Under the pieces are notes generated by a model. That model ran no database searches and was not told where the DNA came from. It worked only from the letters and a program-made list of their open reading frames with translations. From positions 38,874,001-38,938,000 of the forward strand of contig NC_083288.1 of assembly GCF_963506605.1 (NCBI RefSeq): a DNA stretch of 64,000 bases, in the 5' to 3' direction. Source of the DNA: Zootoca vivipara. Its lineage: Eukaryota. Positions 41,597 through 64,000 of the stretch are shown in pieces; position 1 is the stretch's first letter; each line of letters opens with the position of its first letter. The translations under genes were made by a program, and so were the position numbers.

Positions 41597-42054
41597 TTGC
41601 AACACCACTAACATTGGCTTCATACCTTTGAGGTGAGGGCTGTGGGAGAGAGGCAGTATATGTGGTATTGCACAGAGGAACTAAGAAGGGCCTTCAAAAT
41701 GGGGCATCTTGCTACAACACGGACGGGGAGCCAGTACCTGTCCCTGATGTTAGACTACAAAGCACATCGTCCCTGGCCATGCTGGTTGAGACTGATGGGA
41801 ACTGGAGTCCAACAACACCTGAAAGGTCACAGCTTCTCCTTCCCTGTGTCGTGTTATGATGCCCCCTTTGACTTGGATTACAAGGGTTGGTCTCTGGTGG
41901 GTTTGGGTGATACTGGCCGGCGGGTTGATGACTGCTCGGTCCCTGACAACTTGTTGATGCCACTGTCCCTCAGAGGCTGAAGTTATGCCCAGATAGGGTT
42001 GGTGGATAAGAGGGTGTCAAGAGGTTTACGGAGAGCTGCCATCTTGGGTGGCGC

Positions 42055-59018
<16,964 letters not shown>

Positions 59019-59050
59019 GGTTCCTCAAGCTCTGGATCTCCCACAGTCAA

Positions 59051-59140
59051 GTAGGCAAAGTCAAGGAACTCTCTGGGGCAGCTCCTCTAGGAGTGGTTAA
59101 TAAAAAGCTCAGTCATGGGTTGGATGTGCGATTAACTTGG
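59051..59140 (-). promoter_or_regulatory. Putative SLC5A2 proximal promoter with HNF4-like and HNF1-like sites
   Basis: GTAGGCAAAGTCA at 59051-59063 (HNF4/DR1-like), GGTTAATAAAAAGC at 59095-59108 and GATTAAC at about 59130 (HNF1-like). HNF1A regulation of mammalian SGLT2 is established; these matches are imperfect. Confidence 0.35.
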
Positions 59141-59597
59141 ACTACGTGGTAGATGGGAAGGAGGGTGATGTGGGGAGAGGGCAACTTCCAGTAACCCTGG
59201 CTCAAGTTGTTAGCTTTTCTTTTACGGACAAAAGTTGTGTGTCTCCGCAGACAGCAATTGACAGATCGTTTCGGATTCCTGGATCTCCCTTCTTGGATAA
59301 GCTTCACCTGTTGGCAGTAGGGATGCCAAGGGGTGGTGATTTCCATTCTTCCCTGTGTTCACCACAATCAGCGCTGCTATAGGTTTGGCTCCTGCTAAAA
59401 CCTATTTTGTTTTCATAAATGATTTTTATTGGTTTTACATATAATCACATTACGTAACATTATACCCTCTTGTTTTATCTCTTTGGCTCAACTGAGCCTA
59501 ATGACTTCCCTCCCTCCCGTCTGATGGTTTACAAAATTAAACTTTACATCTTTACATTTCCCTTCATTTCTTATTCTTGTTATATCATTACCTAAAT

Positions 59598-59758
59598 CAG
59601 GCATCCCCAAACTTCGGCCCTCCAGATGTTTTGGACTACAGGCCCTCCAGATGTTTTGGACTACAATTCCCATCATCCCTGACCACTGGTCCTGTTAGCT
59701 AGTGATCACGGGAGTTGTAGGCCAAAACATTTGGAGGGCCGCAGTTTGGGGATGCCTG
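59598..59758. mobile_element. hAT MITE with an internal 25-bp tandem duplication, nested in an L1 fragment
   Basis: Same TIRs; GGCCCTCCAGATGTTTTGGACTACA occurs twice; degenerate TSD ACCTAAAT/ACGTAAAA. Confidence 0.85.
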
Positions 59759-60167
59759 ACGTAAAATATTATATTACTCAACCTTAATAGGTAGAATTTC
59801 ATCTTACATATCTTCATATAGCCCTGCTAATGATGTTAATTGCTTACCGTTGTCTTTCAAATATAATATAAATTTGTTCGTCCTTTTGGAATGCTTGGTC
59901 TCGCTGGTTCCAGATTCTTTCAATTTCGCTAGTTCTGGAAAGTCCATCAGCTTCACCTGTCACTCTAGTAACTCCTGTTGTTTCCATCTTTGGGCTAACA
60001 AAATTCCTGCTGCAGTTGTTGCATATAAGAACAATATTTAAAATCTTGTCTCAGTATCTCTCTACCAACTATACCCAACATAAAAGCATCTGGTTTTTTT
60101 AACAAAGGTGTTTTTAAACATTTTCTTTAACTTATGATATATCATAAGTTATATATGATATATCATA

Positions 60168-60411
60168 TCAATACTTTGGCCACCTCATGAGAAGAGAAGA
60201 ATCCTTGGAAAAGACCCTGATGTTGGGAAAGATGGAGGGCACTAGGAGAAGGGGACGACAGAGGACAAGATGGTTGGACAGTGTTCTCGAAGCTACGAAC
60301 ATGAGTTTGACCAAACTGCGGGAGGCAGTGCAAGACAGGAGTGCCTGGCGTGCTATGGTCCATGGGGTCACGAAGAGTCGGACACGACTAAACGACTAAA
60401 CAACAACAACA
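60168..60411 (+). mobile_element. BovB 3' fragment inserted in an L1 remnant
   Basis: Encodes MRREESLEKTLMLGK...KSRTRLND followed by (CAA)n. Confidence 0.9.
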
Positions 60412-60576
60412 ATATCATTTCCCAGAAAGCTTTTACCTCTTTACATGTCCACCACATGTGGTAAAAAGTACCCTCCTTTTCCTTACATTTCCAACAGTCA
60501 TTCTTTTGTTCTATACATTTTGGCCAATTTAAATGGTGTTAAATACCACCTATACATCATTTCCATAACATATTCT

Positions 60577-61677
60577 GTTGTTGTTGTTGTTTAGTCGTTT
60601 AGTCGTGTCCGACTCTTCGTGACCCCATGGACCATAGCACGCCAGGCACTCCTGTCTTGCACCGCCTCCCGCAGTTTGGTCAGACTCATGTTGGTAGCTT
60701 CGAGAACACTGTCCAACCATCTCGTCCTCTGTCGTCCCCTTCTCCTTGTGCCCTCAATCTTTCCTAACATCAGGGTCTTTTCCAGGGAGTCTTCTCTTCT
60801 CATGATGTGGCGAAAGTATTGGAGTCTCAGCTTCATGATCTGTCCTTCCAGTGAGCACTCGGGGCTGATTTCATTCAGAATGGATAGGTTTGATCTTCTT
60901 GCAGTCCATGGGACTCTCAAGAGTCTCCTCCAGCACCACAATTCAAAAGCATCAATTCTTCGGCGATCAGCCTTCTTTATGGTCCAGCTCTCACTTCCAT
61001 ACATCACTACTGGGAAAACCATAGCTTTAACTATACGGACCTTTGTAGGCAAGGTGATGTCTCTGCTTTTTAAGATGCTGTCTAGGTTTGTCATTGCTTT
61101 TCTCCCAAGAAGCAGGCGTCTTTTAATTTCGTGACTGCTGTCACCATCTGCAGTGATCAAGGAGCCCAAGAAAGTAAAATCTCTCACTGCCTCCATTTCT
61201 TCCCCTTCTATTTGCCAGGAGGTGATGGGACCAGTGGCCATGATCTTGGTTTTTTTGATGTTGAGCTTCAGACCATATTTTGCGCTCTCCTCTTTCACCC
61301 TCATTAAAAGGTTCTTTAATTCCTCCTCACTTTCTGCCATCAAGGTTGTGTCATCTGCATACCTGAGGTTGTTGATATTTCTTCCGGCAATCTTAATTCC
61401 GGCTTGGGATTCATCTAGTCCAGCCTTTTGCATGATGAATTCTGCATATAAGTTAAATAAGCAGGGAGACAATATACAACCTTGTCGTACTCCTTTCCCA
61501 ATTTTGAACCAATCAGTTGTTCCATATCCAGTTCTAACTGTAGCTTCTTGTCCCACATAGAGATTTCTCAGGAGACAGATGAGATGATCAGGCACTCCCA
61601 TTCTTTTAAGAACTTGCCATAGTTTGCTGTGGTCGACACAGTCAAAGGCTTTTGCATAATCAATGAAGCAGAAGTAG
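60577..61677 (-). mobile_element. BovB (RTE clade) LINE, 5'-truncated, with an open RT-containing ORF (60591-61601, 336 aa)
   Basis: GVRQGCILSPCLFNLYAE, LRYADDTTL, HEIKRRLLLGRK and IDAFELWCWRRLLRVPWTARRSN; (CAA)n tail; about 9-bp TSD ACAT(A/T)TTCT. Confidence 0.95.
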
Positions 61678-62508
61678 ACATTTTCTAGCTAAAACCTATT
61701 TTGTTTGTCTTGCTATCCACTATGGCCGAAGCTAACATAGTTAATTACGTAATTCACTTCGGTGCATATCAGTGGAAGGGAAATATCAAATATCAAAAAC
61801 AATGCAGAAAACAACCTTAATTACTGGGTATTTATGAAATTTTCATGGACCCAAAAAACCCCACAGCCACAGTGATTACTGCTCATATTCATTTGCAGGA
61901 GATCTGTCCCTGACCTTGGGTGAAAATCAGAATTGTGACAATTTCGACACCCATTTGTGCTTCTGATGGAATTCTCTGACATCTCTCCCGGTTGGTTCTT
62001 ACATACTTGTGGGCACCGGAAAGGTTTCCACCTTCATGTTTTAGCCCTGAAAACAAGCTTTCAATACTGTATGTACTGTGATGAATTCTAGCTCGCCCCA
62101 TTCTTTCCCAAAAGGCCTTAGGAGATTTGCCAGGCCTTCTGATCTAAACATGGAACAAAGCTCAGCTACACTCAAAACTCAAAGCTCCTGCCAGGTTTAG
62201 TCTCTTTTTCAAGGTCTCCCAAGAGGAAAGACTAAAATCTAAAATACAGGAACAGAAGCACAAAGGTTGTTCTGGTTGAGTTGGCTTCATCAAGCTCTGT
62301 TCTCAGGCCCCCAGCCAAGCGCTCCCCTCTCCTTGCCTGAGCTGGAGAGAGAACTCCAATTGTTTGCATTTAAAGGTGAACCTACCTAATTCATGCTTTC
62401 AGTACCAAAACAGCCATCCTTTAAATTTGTACAACTCTGAATTTTGCAATTCTGTTCGCCAACCAAGTTATGTGTACTAAAATGCACGTACTGAGGCAAA
62501 GTGGGCAT

Positions 62509-62511
<3 letters not shown>

Positions 62512-62560
<49 letters not shown>
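62512..62560. repeat. (AC)n microsatellite
   Basis: Read directly from the sequence. Confidence 0.95.
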
Positions 62561-62563
<3 letters not shown>

Positions 62564-64000
62564 AAAAATTGGGGCTATACCCCCACCCAACTGTTTGAGC
62601 CCCAATCCGGCATTTCAGATCAGCCCTGACGCTGATCCATCCTTCATTTGGTTTTCACACATCTGATATCTATCCTACACTACACACACAGGCACCACCG
62701 CCAGGGGGCGGTCTATACTCATTTGGCACAACAATGCAACCATTCACTTATAAAAAAAATACCGATGAACAACATTTAAAAATGTTTTTTCCTGCTGTAA
62801 GCCTAAGTGACATGGAAGTGGCGACGAAAGAGCAAACAAGCCCTCAAACATTTAAACCACGTCACTTGTTAAAACAGGGATAGACAGCCTGTGGGCCTCC
62901 CGGCACCCCTGACCATTGGGCATGTGGCTGCAGCTGGTGAGAGTTTGGCGTCCAGCAATCTCTGGTTCCCACCCCTCTTCCAGATGGAAGGTCACAGATT
63001 CTTCAATCTTGTGTTAAAGTCTCCGAAAGACAGCTAATTTAAAACCAGCAGAAGACCTTAGACTCAACAAGAACTGTGAAAGGTTTCTGAAAAAGATAAT
63101 TTCCTAAACTGTGATTTCCCCAGGCTAATAATAATAATAAAAATTTATTATTTATACGCCCATCTGGCTGGGTTTCCCCAGCCACTCTGGGCGGCTTCCA
63201 ACCAAATATTAAAACAGTACAGCATTATTAAAACAGTACAGCATTACTACTCCATAGGGAAAGCTGTTGAAACAAAAACAACAACAGCCTGACCCTGTTG
63301 CAGTTTTCCAGCACTGTAAGTGATGTGGGAGACAGGCCAGCCCACAAAGCCACACAATTCCATTTCAATGTGCGCAACCTTAAGCCAGAGAGGTGGAGTC
63401 CCATAGCATGTGTCTCATCATCTGACTTATGGGGTTTCTTTTATTCTGGAGGTGGTGTGCCATGTGATTGGGTGCTGTGGCAATGGGACTGAGGTGGCTG
63501 TTGAGTAGTCACAGTGACAGAGTAGTCACTGAGGAGATTCATGGTGACAGCTCCAAAATTCCACTGTGGGCAGGGGCGTGTGAGTGCTCCTAAGCCTGTG
63601 CTTCCTTGTTCCACCCACAACTGCACCCCGTTTTATTATTTGTTTCTTCATTTGATTTCTTGAGTTTCCTACATTGCAGGAGGAATTCAAGCTCATAACT
63701 GGGAAATTTAGGCTTGTGCCATTAAAGTGCATTAAAGCGTTCTGTCACCACAGCACAACTAATCCACTTAAAAATAGGAATGAGCACATTTGCAGTTAGG
63801 AAAGTGACAGGGAAATCCCCTGGAAAGGGGTAGGAGGAGCGAATGACTAATAGGAAGATGCTCAAACACCCCACAAGCAAATCAGGATGAACACAAGATG
63901 AATACTCATTGTCCTATGTAACCTTATTGCAAATGGAGTCATACAAATGTTCAATACAGACCAGTTATAATGTAACCTCTGTGCAAGCAAATTAGGGTGG

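Larger units (their letters stand above)
59413..60576 (-). mobile_element. L1-clade LINE 3' remnant
   Basis: Minus strand encodes degenerate MMYRWYLTP...[24 protein letters not shown] (zinc-knuckle region) and FLYATTAAGILLAQRWK. The 19-bp direct repeat GCTAAAACCTATTTTGTTT lies at 59394-59412 and 61688-61706. Confidence 0.75.

Overview
Eukaryotic, intron-rich genomic DNA from a squamate reptile, probably a lizard (inferred from Sauria SINE, BovB, CR1, L2, L1 and Penelope-like repeats). It is syntenic with human 16p11.2. Five protein-coding genes were reconstructed exon by exon: the 3' end of PHKG2 (+), CFAP119/CCDC189 (-), RNF40 (+, head-to-head with CFAP119), RUSF1/C16orf58 (+) and SLC5A2/SGLT2 (-, tail-to-tail with RUSF1). 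The most unusual non-genic signal is a set of short Penelope-like (PLE) insertions. Two carry a minimal hammerhead-ribozyme core (CUGANGA...GAAAGCUC/AUACC), two form inverted-repeat hairpins, and all three are flanked by 13-15 bp target-site duplications (TSDs). One has an intact core and lies in the CFAP119/RNF40 bidirectional promoter; in another, the sense copy starts at the predicted self-cleavage site. Also present: about 10 copies of a 136-bp palindromic hAT MITE carrying ZNF143-like motifs, several nested insertions, two GC-AG introns, an RFX X-box at the ciliary gene, an extra SGLT1-type intron in SLC5A2, an apparent synteny breakpoint between RNF40 and RUSF1, and two assembly gaps. 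Gene and repeat names come from my recognition of the sequences; no database search was run.
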